DNA from: a virus
Taxonomy: Duplodnaviria > Heunggongvirae > Uroviricota > Caudoviricetes
Direction: 5' to 3' (one strand)
Length of the DNA stretch: 47,842 bases
Virus record (IMG/VR): IMGVR_UViG_3300028048_000051
Coordinates: 1-47,842 of that record
Positions 1 to 8,800 of this stretch are shown here, piece after piece. The translations under genes and the position numbers were made by a program. Every line of letters begins with the position of its first letter. The stretch's first letter is position 1. The notes beneath the pieces were generated by a model. It was not told the origin of the DNA. It saw only the letters and a list, made by a program, of their open reading frames with translations, and did not search any database.

Positions 1-93
1 ATGCGATTGTATCCATGGGCGGAAGGCAGGAGAAACTTCCGGAATTACTTCGCATGGTGATGACGTTGCGGAAGTGAAGGAAACCACACGTGG

Positions 94-126
94 AGACGGC
101 TTGGATGCCGTCTTTTTTTTTTTTTT
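94..126 (+). terminator. Intrinsic terminator
   Basis: Hairpin AGACGGC-ttggat-GCCGTCT followed by a ~14-nt T run. Confidence 0.7.
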
Positions 127-142
127 ACCCTATAGGTGGAAA

Positions 143-183
143 TATTAAAAGGAGAGCCGTCGTTCCGGGCTCTCCTTTTAATA
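143..183. terminator. 16-bp perfect inverted repeat downstream of the integrase (likely bidirectional terminator)
   Basis: TATTAAAAGGAGAGCC (143-158) / GGCTCTCCTTTTAATA (168-183). Confidence 0.6.
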
Positions 184-226
184 AGGAAGCGTCAAACGAT
201 CCGCCCCTCCGATGTTGCCGACTCAC

Positions 227-250
227 GATTTTGTACCCAAGGATAAAATC
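227..250 (+). repeat. Dispersed quasi-palindrome, copy 1 (GATTTTGTACCCAAGGATAAAATC)
   Basis: Near-identical copies at 15436, 27249 and, inverted, at 29964. Confidence 0.85.
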
Positions 251-254
251 TATT

Positions 255-1577
255 CTACTTAGCCACCGCCTGCAGCAGCAGATCCACCACGCCGTCCGGC
301 AGCGTCTTCAATTTCGACATCAAGTCATCGCGTTTGGCTTCGACGCCGGTATCAGTGTTGTCCTCCTTCCGGTAAATGCTGTCCAATGAGTTGATGGCCT
401 CGATCTTGCTTTCGTCGTATATATGGGTATAGACTTTGGTTGAACTCAAACTCTTTTGTCCGGCCAATATCGCCACCACGTCCGCCGGTACTCCTTTGTT
501 GATGCAGTCGCTGATGAAGGTATGTCTTAGACAGTGAACAGTGTATTTCTTTCTTCCTTTTTTTCCTCGGTTGTCAGGATTCAGCGTCTCGTCCAATATG
601 CGATTGCAGATGCTCTTCAGGTTTCTCAACGTCTGTTTGGATAGGTTCGGTCCTATCACCCAGTCGCAACTGCGCGGTTGTTTCTTTCGTTGGATCTCCA
701 ATTCTTTTTTTAGGTCGCAGTAGATGGGTATCGTTACCCCTTCTCTGTCGGGGTCACTTCTTTCTGTCTTTTTGGGGACTGTCCAGATGGTGTTGCGCTT
801 GAAGTCCACATTCTCCCACCGCAGCGTATAAACATCGCTGATACGCAGCCCGGTGTAGATGCAGATGAGGATCACTATTCTGTAGTCAGCCATTCCGGAT
901 ATCTTTCTGCCGGTACGTACTCCTTTGCGATGTCCTGTAACAGCCATCTCATCCAATGCCTGCAGCAATGCCCGCAGTTGCTCTCGTGTGATGGCTGTCC
1001 GCAACGAACGCTGTGACTTCAATCTGCGTATACGCGCAAAAGGATTGACCTGATCGGGCAGCAACACCTTGAAGATGTTTTTCAATGTGGTGATCTTGCC
1101 GTTGATGGTAGAAGAGCGCAACCCTGTTCTGCGCTGCAGACAAACCACGTAGTTTTCCACCATGCCGGCGGTGACTTCGTGTATGAACTGCACCGACGGG
1201 AACGTGTAGCGTATCCAGCGTATGAAGCAATCCAGTTTGCTTTTATACTGCTTCAAAGTACTGTCCGTGGTGTCTGCAATATATAAGGATATGAAAGTGT
1301 CCCATGCCGCCGCCAACGGTATCTGCGAAACCATGTTGAGCTTGGCCACCTTCACGAAGGACTCCAACTCTATCAACGAGGTACTGCCGGCGATGTTGGA
1401 TAACAGCTTGGCGGATGCTTCCGCGGAGATGCGGTTGCTAACCGGTATGCCGGATGTGTCGGTGAGCAGTATGTGTTTTTCCGCATTGTTGGATCTGACG
1501 CGGAGATAATAACGTCGTCCTTTGCGCAGTATGGATCCCTGCCCGCGGGCACGACGTGTGATGACGTCTCTCGCCAT
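255..1577 (-). CDS. int: Tyrosine recombinase / phage integrase
   Basis: TGLRISD (R), HCLRHTF (HxxR), LAGQKSLSSTKVYTH (Tyr nucleophile; second His replaced by Q); N-terminal arm-binding and core-binding-like regions. Confidence 0.93.
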   Translation of the reverse strand: MARDVITRRARGQGSILRKGRRYYLRVRSNNAEKHILLTDTSGIPVSNRISAEASAKLLSNIAGSTSLIELESFVKVAKLNMVSQIPLAAAWDTFISLYIADTTDSTLKQYKSKLDCFIRWIRYTFPSVQFIHEVTAGMVENYVVCLQRRTGLRSSTINGKITTLKNIFKVLLPDQVNPFARIRRLKSQRSLRTAITREQLRALLQALDEMAVTGHRKGVRTGRKISGMADYRIVILICIYTGLRISDVYTLRWENVDFKRNTIWTVPKKTERSDPDREGVTIPIYCDLKKELEIQRKKQPRSCDWVIGPNLSKQTLRNLKSICNRILDETLNPDNRGKKGRKKYTVHCLRHTFISDCINKGVPADVVAILAGQKSLSSTKVYTHIYDESKIEAINSLDSIYRKEDNTDTGVEAKRDDLMSKLKTLPDGVVDLLLQAVAK

Positions 1578-2138
1578 GATAATGTCCCCTTATTCGATTG
1601 TTGTCGGCTGGACCTACTATAAAACGTTCAATGACAAGGGGCTTTTTGTGCTTAGGGAGAGATAAGGAGAAAAATTTGACGCTTTTGGGAATTTTTTGCA
1701 GGTTTTTTGCCTCAAAAACCTTGACATCGTCAGTATTTCATTATAGATCAATCCCGCAATGAGCTCCTTTTCTTTGTTTTGAACTCAACGTGAGCTTGTT
1801 GCATTCCTTGTCTGTAAAGCATAAAGTTTTGTTTTTATGTCTTCTTTTTTCTTTATTTTGCATCTGTGGGGAGGCGCGTAGGGAGAAGTAAGGTTCCTGT
1901 TCAATGTCCTCGCCGCCTATCCACCCATGTACTTCAAATAATATAACGTCTGTACAGGGGTAATGCAAATAAAGAACCCCTCTCCCCAGGGGACAGAGGA
2001 GAGGGGCAGGCGAGAAAGAGAGAAGGAAGCCGACACCTATACTATATACAACCTACGAAATCAATCGGTATAGTCTTCCGTACCGGGCCTGGCTGACGAT
2101 TTCACTTTGGCTTGCACTTTGGAGCGGCTGTCGGTAAG

Positions 2139-2182
2139 CAATTATTGGCGGGTTTCCACCAGTGGGCCCCCGCCAATAATTG
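2139..2182. terminator. 14-bp perfect inverted repeat downstream of the xis-like gene
   Basis: CAATTATTGGCGGG (2139-2152) / CCCGCCAATAATTG (2169-2182). Confidence 0.5.
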
Positions 2183-2205
2183 AGAAGCGTCAAACGATTC
2201 GACAT

Positions 2206-2502
2206 CTACGCGGGATTTGCGTTGTTGTTTGCGCCGTGTTCCGCCAAATATAGTACTTCGCGCTTGTCGTAACGGATCCTACGGCAGGAAAAGCGTATCT
2301 GGGTGAGGAGTCCCTGTCTCGAGTAGGACAGCAGCGTAGGCTGACTGATCCCGAGGATGTCTCTGGCCTGTTTAGATGTCACCAGGTCCTTCGGTGCGCT
2401 AGTCCCTACGCATGCCGCCAAGATGCGGGACTTCAATGTGCGCTCCACAGTGTTGTCTGACTCCAAGGCCAGTTTAATGGTTTTCAGTGTTTCAGGTTTC
2501 AT
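2206..2502 (-). CDS. Excisionase-like / MerR-type HTH DNA-binding protein
   Basis: LVTSKQARDILGISQPTLLSYSRQGLL..IRYDKREV winged HTH; AGGAGG RBS before the ATG at 2502; next to the integrase. Confidence 0.8.
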   Translation of the reverse strand: MKPETLKTIKLALESDNTVERTLKSRILAACVGTSAPKDLVTSKQARDILGISQPTLLSYSRQGLLTQIRFSCRRIRYDKREVLYLAEHGANNNANPA

Positions 2503-2641
2503 GTCGTCGTCCTCCTTTTTCTCCTTACAATAATCATCACCGGATTTGACGGCCGACTTTTTATGACTGAACATAGACTATCCTCGTCAGGTTTTGAATA
2601 AACGTCAAACATACTGAAGCGCCCAACACAAGGTAACTGAA

Positions 2642-4228
2642 ATGGCCCACAGACGACAACTGAAAAGTGCCGACGGCACTACCATACTACCGTTTACCAC
2701 CAACGTACCGGTGCATTCTGCCGGAGGATTGACGTGGGGATCCGGCTCAGCTGGAGATGAAAAGCTGCAGGTGAAGCTTACATCGGGCGGTGGAATCGCG
2801 GCGGGATTGGACGGGCTGTACATCAAAATCGCTTCCGGAGGAGGTCTGAGCGCAACCGAAGACGGACTCCGTGTCATCGGTTCATCCGGGGGCAGCGGAG
2901 GAAGTGGCAGCGGAGGAGACATTTCCGGAGCCATCGTCAGCGGAGCCGCTTTTGTTACCACGGTAGGTAATTACACACTCGGCTTGACAAGCGGCGGTAT
3001 TCTCATGTCCGGTGCCAATGTCAGCGTAGGACTCGCCAGCAGCTCTTTGAACATACATGTCAGCGGGAACTCCGACGTCAGCGCGGATATCGACATGTCC
3101 ATGGATGATAGTGGACAATTGTACATCGGACTCGGCGGCGCGGACGCGGTATTCGGCATTTATACCGACCAGAGTCCTGTTCTGGTGAACGGCCTGCCTT
3201 TGTACGTGGATTATGATAATGCAGACTTTCTGTTCAACGACGAAGTTTTGGCCACGCAACCGTGGGTTTCTTCGTATGTTTCGTCGCACGGTGGTGGCGG
3301 AAGTGTTTCCGGCGCGATAGTGTCCGGCGCGGAGTTCAGTACCACCGTCGGCTCCTATACCGTCGCTCTCACTTCGGGCGGCGGGCTGCTGGTCTCCGGA
3401 TCCGAGATGCAGTTCCGGTTGTCTTCCGGGGGCATGATAGCTTCCGGGACGAGCGGGGAGTGCGTCGTATTGTCGGGCGGCACGGCGAAGTTGATGAACA
3501 ACTATGATGACGTTGAGCAGTCTGTCACAGTCGAGCACGACGGTGGGGTTTCTATTCATGCCGCCGATCCCGGACGCAATGTGGATATCGTGTGCGACGC
3601 GGGTGACATCAACTTGAACACGTCGTACGGAGGCGCAGTCAAAATCAATGACGTCCCCGTCATCACACAGCTCATCAGGGCAGTCGATAGTTCATTCAAC
3701 ACCAGCGCTCAGGTGCGTGTATCCGGAGGTACTCATTATATCTATCCAAATCCGTTGGATCAACTTATGGTCGGTGTTGCCGAGGACAGTCGAGAGAGCT
3801 ACATCCAATTTACTTTAACATCCTCCGGAGTACTGATAGTGCCTTCGACGCTGGCGCTGTTGAATAGCGGAATCGAATTCGATGGTGGCAAAACCTATCT
3901 GTTGGGGTTTTTGAACGGCATGATGGCAGCAGGGGAATTGACTGAAGGCACCGGTAGTTACGGGAGTTTTGCCGTAAAGTTCTGGGATACCGGGAACATC
4001 TATAACTTCTCATTCTTCTCTGGCGATTTCTATAACCAGTATTATCTTTGCGCAGATCTCCCCGGATACTCCATTGTCATAAATCAACATGATGACAATG
4101 GCCAGAATACTCAAGGTAGTTTTTATGGTCCGGGCGGAACGCTTCTATCCTCCGGAGAAGGCGCAGGCGACGATATAGCCGGTATCGGCTGGGATTCGGA
4201 AGACTATAGCATTCAGTACGTGGGCTAA
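2642..4228 (+). CDS. Tail fibre/adaptor-like Ser/Gly-rich protein (cassette A, gene 1)
   Basis: Many SGG beta-strand repeats; internal duplication (SGAIVSGAxFxTTVGxYT); C-terminal SGGT.. domain similar to that of 8801-10474. Confidence 0.6.
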   Translation: MAHRRQLKSADGTTILPFTTNVPVHSAGGLTWGSGSAGDEKLQVKLTSGGGIAAGLDGLYIKIASGGGLSATEDGLRVIGSSGGSGGSGSGGDISGAIVSGAAFVTTVGNYTLGLTSGGILMSGANVSVGLASSSLNIHVSGNSDVSADIDMSMDDSGQLYIGLGGADAVFGIYTDQSPVLVNGLPLYVDYDNADFLFNDEVLATQPWVSSYVSSHGGGGSVSGAIVSGAEFSTTVGSYTVALTSGGGLLVSGSEMQFRLSSGGMIASGTSGECVVLSGGTAKLMNNYDDVEQSVTVEHDGGVSIHAADPGRNVDIVCDAGDINLNTSYGGAVKINDVPVITQLIRAVDSSFNTSAQVRVSGGTHYIYPNPLDQLMVGVAEDSRESYIQFTLTSSGVLIVPSTLALLNSGIEFDGGKTYLLGFLNGMMAAGELTEGTGSYGSFAVKFWDTGNIYNFSFFSGDFYNQYYLCADLPGYSIVINQHDDNGQNTQGSFYGPGGTLLSSGEGAGDDIAGIGWDSEDYSIQYVG

Positions 4229-4241
4229 CGAGGGTGTTCGG

Positions 4242-5708
4242 ATGAGTATGTTTTTCAACATGCTGGCGGGTGGACTCATGGTGGATGAGCCGATATACGG
4301 CAGCAAGGGCGTTTTCATCGCTTCCTCCAACACCATTTTGTCTTCCGGCATGTCGATGTTTGCGACCGTCATCGGCAGCGGGCAGGCTCAATACGTATGG
4401 AATAAGGGTGTGGTGTCCTCAGGACTCGTGGAATCCCATGGTGAGTTGGTAGTCTACAGTGGCGGCACTATTTCTGATGTCACTCATATCGGCGCCGGAT
4501 GGGGAGCATCACCCACCATCATCAGCTCCGGCGGTTATGCCTACAACCTTTCGTTGTATAATAATGTAAATCAGAACTGGCGAGGATTGTATAACTACGG
4601 CACAATCTCCGGGCTGCTGTTCCCGGTAATGAATGGACAACCGATCACAGCCTACATCTATGATGGTGATGTTTCCGATGTCACAATGAGTACTCGTTGT
4701 TATATGCATGTTTCCGGAGGAAGAGTGTCCGGTGTCACAATGAGTACTGATTGTTATATGTATGTTTCCGGAGGAAGAGTGTCCGGGATAAATCAGAGCA
4801 ACAGTCCTTTGGAAATCTACAGCGGTGCGAGCGTCTTCAATGTTTACAGCGGAATGGGAAACGTCAATATTCACGAGGGCGGTTATCTAAGCGGATTAAC
4901 CAAAACTCAATCTGGCGGTCAGATAATGGTATATCCCGGGGCTGTTGTCTGCGATGTTCAGATCTTGGTATCCGGGTACTCCAAATTCTTTGTGTCCTCG
5001 GCGACTATTAGCGGTGGCTTAGGAAGCAATTATCGCCCCTACTTCAGCAGCTCCATTATATACGACTATACACAGAGCGATGGAGCGATAGATGGCAGGA
5101 ACACGCCAAACTCTTTTATTCGACTCTCCACCTTCAATGTCGCTTATGAAAGCTTTACTGGCGCACATATCACAGATTGGACATTGGTACGGTTGAAGTC
5201 GGGTGGTGCTTCTCCGACATTTACAGCCATTAGCGCCAGCAACTTCAACTTCTCGATGACCGTTAGTGGTACATATCTCATGACTCTGCAGTCCGGAACC
5301 ATTCTGGATGGGGGTTACATCCGAGATGGTATGCGCGTATCCGCAGTGTCTTCTTTCATCAAAAATACCACCATCGAGCGGACCAATCCGTCTAACGCAG
5401 ATCCGATATTGGATCTCAGATTAGGCCTTTCGGATTCGCTCAATGCCAGCAACATCTTCATCTGCAGCGGCGGAAGCTGCGTATTCTCCTCCGGCGCTTC
5501 GGGTGCCGCCTTCACTATAGGTGATGGTGGTAGAATGACTATCAAAGGATATGCCTTGTGCGATGGAATCGTTGTCAATTCCGGCGGATCGCTGAATGTG
5601 GATGGTGGCGGCGGTACTTCCGCGCCCTGCTCGGCACTCAATGTCACATCCAACCCGGGAGCAATAATCACGGTTTCCAACGGCGGATATATCGAATATA
5701 CAGACTAA
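4242..5708 (+). CDS. AIDA-like beta-helical receptor-binding protein (cassette A, gene 2)
   Basis: V(Y/S)SGG strand-loop repeats; N- and C-termini paralogous to 10471-13449 (GS.GVFI.S..T.LS; GGYIEY). Confidence 0.65.
   Translation: MSMFFNMLAGGLMVDEPIYGSKGVFIASSNTILSSGMSMFATVIGSGQAQYVWNKGVVSSGLVESHGELVVYSGGTISDVTHIGAGWGASPTIISSGGYAYNLSLYNNVNQNWRGLYNYGTISGLLFPVMNGQPITAYIYDGDVSDVTMSTRCYMHVSGGRVSGVTMSTDCYMYVSGGRVSGINQSNSPLEIYSGASVFNVYSGMGNVNIHEGGYLSGLTKTQSGGQIMVYPGAVVCDVQILVSGYSKFFVSSATISGGLGSNYRPYFSSSIIYDYTQSDGAIDGRNTPNSFIRLSTFNVAYESFTGAHITDWTLVRLKSGGASPTFTAISASNFNFSMTVSGTYLMTLQSGTILDGGYIRDGMRVSAVSSFIKNTTIERTNPSNADPILDLRLGLSDSLNASNIFICSGGSCVFSSGASGAAFTIGDGGRMTIKGYALCDGIVVNSGGSLNVDGGGGTSAPCSALNVTSNPGAIITVSNGGYIEYTD
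4679..4786 (+). repeat. Tandem 2 x 54-bp in-frame repeat (one beta-helix rung)
   Basis: VTMSTRCYMHVSGGRVSG / VTMSTDCYMYVSGGRVSG; 51/54 nt identical. Confidence 0.9.
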
Positions 5709-5724
5709 AGAAGGATAGAATATC

Positions 5725-6258
5725 ATGGCTACCACTATTTGGATCGACAACAATGGAGATATCTATCACGGCGGCGGCATCGTGATCGGTGATCTGCGTT
5801 ATTTCCATCCTACTCCCGAGCAGTTCCGCGAGGCAGGATATACCGAGTACATCCCGCCTACACCTGTGCCTCCGTCGACTGAAGACTTCGACAACGCCTG
5901 CGTGCAGTTCAGACAAGTTTGTGCGCAAATCGCGCTTGCCACGGGCATCGAAGGCTTCAAGGGCGGTTTTGATGAAATGTACGAATTTCAACAATCTCCG
6001 GTCTTTGCCACTCTTGAGGGCATGCAACTCGCCACCGCATGGAATGCCGCGGATAAGCTTTGTACCTATGAAGCGTCCAAGATCGGCATAGGACAACCCC
6101 AGTGGTGGTACAAATGTTGGGAGGAGGAGCTCGCAGACGCCGAATCCGTTGAAGAGACTGTGGAACCCGAAGAGAATGGCGAAGAGCAGTCCAATGACGT
6201 GGCGTCGGAGGAAAGCAATACACCTCAAGAGCAGTCCGAGGACGACAGCACTCTCTGA
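5725..6258 (+). CDS. Putative tail-fibre assembly/chaperone-like protein (cassette A, gene 3)
   Basis: Paralog of 13458-14021 (FKGGFDEM.EFQQSPV; GQP.WWY.CW); acidic tail; position after the fibre gene. Confidence 0.5.
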   Translation: MATTIWIDNNGDIYHGGGIVIGDLRYFHPTPEQFREAGYTEYIPPTPVPPSTEDFDNACVQFRQVCAQIALATGIEGFKGGFDEMYEFQQSPVFATLEGMQLATAWNAADKLCTYEASKIGIGQPQWWYKCWEEELADAESVEETVEPEENGEEQSNDVASEESNTPQEQSEDDSTL

Positions 6259-6305
6259 TTTGACGCTGGCACTCTTGTGATGTCCCTTGATTGGAGATAA
6301 TCCAC

Positions 6306-6980
6306 GTGAGAACTGTTTTCGCATCCGCACAACAGCAAACCATGATGCCACAACCGGTACCGTCAAGGCCACTGCAGCCCGGCAGTACTGGTAACTCTGG
6401 TGTGGGGCTAATTTTTAGGCAACAGTCAGGAGCCAGCCCATCTCCGGCCACCAAGTACTTTAGAGCCGGTAAGGGCATACAGATAACCGGACTTCCGGGT
6501 AACGGACTTCTGCTGGCCGTATTGCTGTCTCCAGCAGGAGGATTGTCCACTGATGCTAACGGCAGACTTACCGTAAACACGGACAGTGTGGCCTTGATGG
6601 TGAAGGAAAACCTGGAAAGAGCCATTGAGGCAGGCGAAATAGTATCACCGGAAGAGGTTCCATCCATTGTCATAGATACAGTCGAGGATGCCGGTTACAG
6701 TAAAATAGCGATATCACCTTTCGGTTTCAACCTGGATCAGATGACCTTGGTGGATGACGGAGAATATAACATATCCGTTCCAGGTTTTGTTTTCGAGGTT
6801 GAAAACGATGTCACCGGTACTGTGGTATGTGACATAGAGCATCAAGCAGATGGAAACTCACTGCTTACATTCGTCGAGTTTGACCCGTCGGTATTCGGAG
6901 ATAATAAGGCATTCACGGCCTATGCACTCACCAATAGCGACGGTACAATTTTTCCAGTGCTGCCTAAAACCATAATATAA
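6306..6980 (+). CDS. Hypothetical tail-region protein
   Basis: ORF with GGAG RBS before the GTG at 6306; AGKGIQI / GGLSTDANGRLTV fibre-shaft-like motifs. Confidence 0.55.
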   Translation: MRTVFASAQQQTMMPQPVPSRPLQPGSTGNSGVGLIFRQQSGASPSPATKYFRAGKGIQITGLPGNGLLLAVLLSPAGGLSTDANGRLTVNTDSVALMVKENLERAIEAGEIVSPEEVPSIVIDTVEDAGYSKIAISPFGFNLDQMTLVDDGEYNISVPGFVFEVENDVTGTVVCDIEHQADGNSLLTFVEFDPSVFGDNKAFTAYALTNSDGTIFPVLPKTII

Positions 6981-6991
6981 GGAAAAGAAAC

Positions 6992-8782
6992 ATGGCACGT
7001 GGCGTCAGAATCAATAGGGCGAAGAACTTCGCCGGTAAGAACTACCTGGTGGAAACAGATCTGAGTTCCGCCAATATTACTGCCGTGAGCCTGAGCGGTA
7101 CCAGTCTCACCGTCTCCCAGGGTACCGGCAACAGTAAGTCCGTAGACCTCTCCGGATTGTCAACCACCCCTGCCCTGCTCAACGGAGCTTCGGTGAGTTC
7201 AACCACTACAGCCACTACTCTCAAAATTACGCAGAGTGGCGGGACATCTGCTACTGCCGACCTCACTTCGTTGGTGAAGTCCGGTAATGCCGCCATCAGT
7301 GCAAACAACAACAGCGTTTCGCTGAAACTGAATACCGACACAGAAACGGAAAAGTATCTAGCCGTCTCCACTGGCGGCTTAACCGTCAACAGCATCACCA
7401 CCGCCATCAATGCCGCTTCCAGTGCCGCTTCCAGTGCGGCGGTAAGTGCAGCGGTGACTTCCGCCGCAACCGCGGCGAATGCTGCATTGAGTGCCGTAGT
7501 CGGTTACAGCTCGCTCCCGACTGGGAGCAAGACGGTGGAGTCTCGCCTTACTTCGCTGGGAAGTGCCATCGACGACATAGTAGCCAGCGGTACCATCGTC
7601 AGTGCGGGCAACGGCGGTATCGTTGTCACATCCAATGCCAACATCTACAAAGTCAGTAATACGCTTACACTCGTCAGCAAGGCGACTCCAGATGCCGGTT
7701 ACGCTGCCACTTACGAACTTCAGGATGGCAGCGGGGCTCGTATCGGTGCTGCAATCAACATCCTCAAGGATCAGTTGCTGCAGAGTGCGTATACCGTGTG
7801 GGGCACCAGCCCGGATCTCAATGCACAGGGCCAGGTCCCCGGCAAGCAGGCATCGAAGACCTCCACCGCCATTTACCCGTTCCTTGAGTTCGATGTGTAC
7901 GCGTCCGGCGGTTCGGTGGTGGATCCGGTCTATGTTCCGGTCAACGACCTGTTCCATGACGTCACTTCCGGCGGCGGCATTATCGTCAGTCAGACATCCG
8001 CCGGTAACCAGGTGTCTGTCGATACCGCGTGGATGAACTCCCGTTATCAAACCTCCGGCAAGTATATCTCGCAGTTCACTGGTACTAACGACTACATCCC
8101 GCAGATCACCAGCAATGGCAGTGCGCTGAAGAACGGACGCGCCATCGTCACCACGATCACCAGTGGTGGGACGAGCATTCCGACCGAGGGTGCAGTGTAC
8201 AATGCAGTCAGTTCCGCCACCAGCAACGCCATCATGTCGAACACCGAGTTCGAGACCGGTGTTTCCAGCGCCAGTGACGGGGAACTGGAAATCGATTCCG
8301 CCAGCATCAGTCTCCACCCCGGTGGGTTCTATATCAACGCCGGGCATTCCGAATCGGAAGGAGTTGACTACACAACCTCTATGGAGGTTACCGGTTCCAG
8401 CATAACACTTGATGCAGGTAATGCTCCGCTTAATCTCAACGGTGCTCCCGTGAATATCGGGGGCAATTTCGGAGACGGTATAAATATAAGCGGTGAGTAT
8501 GTAAACATACATGGCGGCGATGTCACTGTCAAAGGCAAGCAGCTGTACCTCCTCAGCAGTGCCACATTGGAGATGTCCGCCACCGCGGCCAACAGCTTTT
8601 GTCCCGTCAGTGTTTTCGACTCCGGGCTTATTGTAAATGTAGTGCACAGCGGCGCGGTGATCTATCCTTCCATAGAGACCTCCGGCGGCACGCAGTATAT
8701 CGAGGCCGATCTCGGAAGTTCATCCACCGAGACGTGGGTAGTGAATTATCTGATTCCGGCGGGCTCGGTATCCGAGGAATAA
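6992..8782 (+). CDS. Ser/Thr/Gly-rich tail fibre-like protein
   Basis: 596 aa, beta-rich, Ala-rich helical segment, 'IPTEGAVYNAV' fibre-type motif; AAGGA RBS. Confidence 0.6.
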   Translation: MARGVRINRAKNFAGKNYLVETDLSSANITAVSLSGTSLTVSQGTGNSKSVDLSGLSTTPALLNGASVSSTTTATTLKITQSGGTSATADLTSLVKSGNAAISANNNSVSLKLNTDTETEKYLAVSTGGLTVNSITTAINAASSAASSAAVSAAVTSAATAANAALSAVVGYSSLPTGSKTVESRLTSLGSAIDDIVASGTIVSAGNGGIVVTSNANIYKVSNTLTLVSKATPDAGYAATYELQDGSGARIGAAINILKDQLLQSAYTVWGTSPDLNAQGQVPGKQASKTSTAIYPFLEFDVYASGGSVVDPVYVPVNDLFHDVTSGGGIIVSQTSAGNQVSVDTAWMNSRYQTSGKYISQFTGTNDYIPQITSNGSALKNGRAIVTTITSGGTSIPTEGAVYNAVSSATSNAIMSNTEFETGVSSASDGELEIDSASISLHPGGFYINAGHSESEGVDYTTSMEVTGSSITLDAGNAPLNLNGAPVNIGGNFGDGINISGEYVNIHGGDVTVKGKQLYLLSSATLEMSATAANSFCPVSVFDSGLIVNVVHSGAVIYPSIETSGGTQYIEADLGSSSTETWVVNYLIPAGSVSEE

Positions 8783-8800
8783 ACTGACAGGATCCGATAA

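Noticed and set aside
1741-1968. 75-aa minus-strand ORF between xis and int
   Set aside because: TTG start, no RBS, low-complexity AT-rich sequence; more likely a regulatory or att region
7379-8647. Long minus-strand ORFs (also 20423-21457, 23823-25166, 30581-31675, 42871-44085, 45241-46236)
   Set aside because: Antisense shadows of well-supported plus-strand genes; no motifs or RBS noted
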